The translations under genes and the position numbers were made by a program. A stretch of DNA of 64,000 bases from an uncultured Flavobacterium sp. (lineage in GTDB: Bacteria > Bacteroidota > Bacteroidia > Flavobacteriales > Flavobacteriaceae): positions 917 to 64,916 of the forward strand of contig CAXHZP010000008.1 in assembly GCA_964021805.1 (NCBI GenBank), written 5' to 3'. Positions 62,221 through 64,000 of this stretch are shown here, piece after piece (the stretch's first letter is position 1; each line of letters starts with the position of its first letter). The notes under the pieces are model-generated. The model was given only the letters and a program-made list of their open reading frames with translations. It ran no database searches and was not told the origin of the DNA.

Positions 62221-63618
62221 ATGAAAAAAATCTCAAAAGCAGTAAGTTTATTAGGTCTTCTTTTTATTTTAATTAGCGGAACTATAGACTTAGATGACTT
62301 ATTTAACTATGAGAGCCAAAATATTCCATCTTATATAACAAAAGATAATACACCAGAATCCAATCCAATCAACAACCAAATTACTACTTTGGGAAGAGTT
62401 TTATTTTATGATAAAAATCTATCTGAAAATAATACAGTCGCATGTGCTAGTTGTCATCAACAAGCTTTTGCTTTTAGTGACCCCTTAATTTCTAGTGTTG
62501 GATTAAACGAGGGTACTACTGCTAGACACTCTATGCGTTTGGTGAATAGTCGATTTTCAAATGAAGAAAAATTCTTTTGGGATGAAAGAGCAGCTAGCCT
62601 AGAAAATCAAGTTACACAACCCATTCAAGATCATATAGAAATGGGTTTTAGTGGAACCAATGGCGATCCAGATTTCAATGATTTAATAACAAAACTTTCG
62701 GCAATTGAGTATTACCAAACATTGTTTGAGTTTGCTTATGGAAATACTACTATTAACGAAGATAAAATTCAAAGAGCTTTGGCTCAGTTTGTAAGAAGTA
62801 TCCAATCATTTGACTCTAAATTTGATGTTGGACTTAGTGAACAACCTAACCTAAATGCACCTTTTTCAAACTTTACATCTCAAGAAAATTTAGGGAAACA
62901 ACTATTTTTAAATCCACCTCCAAATGGTGGTGCAGGTTGTGCAGGTTGTCATGCACCTCCAGAATTTGATATTGACCCGAATACGTTAAACAATGGAATT
63001 ATTGGTGTAATTGGGAGTACAACCGAGATAGATTTAACCAATACTAGATCACCCACTTTAAGAGATTTAGTAAATCCTGATGGTAGTTTAAATGGTCCTT
63101 TGATGCATGATGGAAGTATGACATCTTTGTTGCAAGTTATTGATCATTATAACAACATACCAAATAATTCTGCTAATACTAATTTAGACAATAGGTTACA
63201 AAGACCTGGCAATCAAACTCAACAATTAAACTTAACTACTAACCAAAAAAATGCCTTAGTAGATTTCTTGAAAACGCTTACAGGTTCAGCTATTTATACG
63301 AATGAAATATGGTCTGATCCTTTTGATGATCAGGGAAATATTTCAATTGTAGGCGGCCAATTATCATCCAATGAATTTATTTTTGAAAAGTCTATTGCTG
63401 TTTTTCCTAATCCAGTTACAACAGATTTAACTATTCAAATAGAGACTGGAAGCTACAGAGTAACTATTTATAGTTTACTGGGAACCGTTATGGTAGACAA
63501 AGAGATTTCAGGTACTAAAAAAATAAACCTTCAATCTTTAGCCAAAGGAGTTTATATGTTAAAAATCCAAGATCTAGTTTCCAATAACTCTTTTAATAAA
63601 AAGTTTATTAAATATTAG
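62221..63618 (+). CDS. Di-heme cytochrome c peroxidase/MauG-superfamily protein with T9SS C-terminal sorting domain
   Basis: Signal peptide, LGRVLFYDKNLS, CASCH and CAGCH, FFWDER, PTLR..MHDGS, C-terminal FPNP..GVYMLKI..KKFIK. Confidence 0.9.
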   Translation: MKKISKAVSLLGLLFILISGTIDLDDLFNYESQNIPSYITKDNTPESNPINNQITTLGRVLFYDKNLSENNTVACASCHQQAFAFSDPLISSVGLNEGTTARHSMRLVNSRFSNEEKFFWDERAASLENQVTQPIQDHIEMGFSGTNGDPDFNDLITKLSAIEYYQTLFEFAYGNTTINEDKIQRALAQFVRSIQSFDSKFDVGLSEQPNLNAPFSNFTSQENLGKQLFLNPPPNGGAGCAGCHAPPEFDIDPNTLNNGIIGVIGSTTEIDLTNTRSPTLRDLVNPDGSLNGPLMHDGSMTSLLQVIDHYNNIPNNSANTNLDNRLQRPGNQTQQLNLTTNQKNALVDFLKTLTGSAIYTNEIWSDPFDDQGNISIVGGQLSSNEFIFEKSIAVFPNPVTTDLTIQIETGSYRVTIYSLLGTVMVDKEISGTKKINLQSLAKGVYMLKIQDLVSNNSFNKKFIKY

Positions 63619-63631
63619 AATAATTTTCTGG

Positions 63632-64000
63632 TTACTTTTTAATAAATTTTCTAGTGATTGAACTACTGTTATTAGATATTTTAATAATATACACCCCACT
63701 TTTTATGATGGAAATATCCATTTTATTATTTGAAGGCTCTATCATATTTTGAATCAATTTTTTTCCTAATAAAGAGAATATCTTTACCGTCACTTTTTCA
63801 TTGCTTCTTACGTAAATATAATTCTCTGTGGCTGGATTTGGATAAATGGATGTTTTTTTATCAAAAGAGTAGTTTTTGTCAGATAGTACACTACCCCAAA
63901 TATCTTGAACATATTCTGGGTGATCTATAAAAGGGTTTCTGTTTCCTTGAAAATCGTAGGCTTCATTATTCCTTAATATTTCTCTATCACTCACTTGGTC
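63632..64000 (-). CDS. Endonuclease I-family extracellular nuclease with T9SS sorting domain (C-terminal part; start beyond window)
   Basis: E..RNN...QGNRNPFIDHPE motif followed by IYPNP..SGVYIIKI..RKFIKK. Confidence 0.85.
   Translation of the reverse strand, partial: DQVSDREILRNNEAYDFQGNRNPFIDHPEYVQDIWGSVLSDKNYSFDKKTSIYPNPATENYIYVRSNEKVTVKIFSLLGKKLIQNMIEPSNNKMDISIIKSGVYIIKISNNSSSITRKFIKK

Noticed and set aside
2410-63930. The other short ORF-track entries nested in or antisense to long genes (e.g. 4382-4615, 11005-11427, 27653-28588, 43461-44303, 48959-50038, 58670-61639)
   Set aside because: All lie within well-supported genes and look like codon-bias shadows.
1-64000. CRISPR arrays, tRNA/rRNA genes, IS elements, prophage or defence genes, known riboswitches
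   Set aside because: None recognisable by eye; spacers are short and all long ORFs have other assignments. An Rfam/tRNAscan run would be needed to exclude small RNAs.

Overview
AT-rich chromosomal window from a Bacteroidota of the Flavobacteriaceae (Polaribacter/Tenacibaculum-like by gene content and TAnnTTTG-type promoters). About 0.8-38.3 kb is a nitrogen-assimilation and amino-acid biosynthesis supercluster: porin-amt-gltBD, ilvDBNCA, gapN, an arg operon (GNAT-argG-argC-proC-argD-argF'-argB-argE-argH, probably the succinyl route), leuACDB on the minus strand, a conserved hypothetical gene, and thrABC. The rest holds an H-NOX signalling cassette (RR, H-NOX, PAS/GAF histidine kinase, Hpt, LytTR RR), mnmE, miaE, a SulP and a CPA1 transporter, dnaX, msrA, two acyl-CoA ligases, purL, and two T9SS cargo genes. 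I saw no rRNA, tRNA, CRISPR array or mobile element. The most interesting signals are three unannotated leader peptides. (1) MLSLKNSTYIVSNAMPKSLRRR* (18228-18296) precedes the arg operon, ends in CGC-CGC-CGC-stop, and is followed by mutually exclusive RNA pairings around a C-rich/G-poor tract, suggesting an arginine-sensing, possibly Rho-dependent attenuator. (2) An Ile-rich ilv leader has a complete terminator/antiterminator. (3) A Thr/Ile-rich thr leader has a terminator overlapping its stop codon. The arg and thr leaders appear leaderless. Also notable are an A11 slippage site in dnaX and a LacI-type operator before the ammonium-uptake operon.
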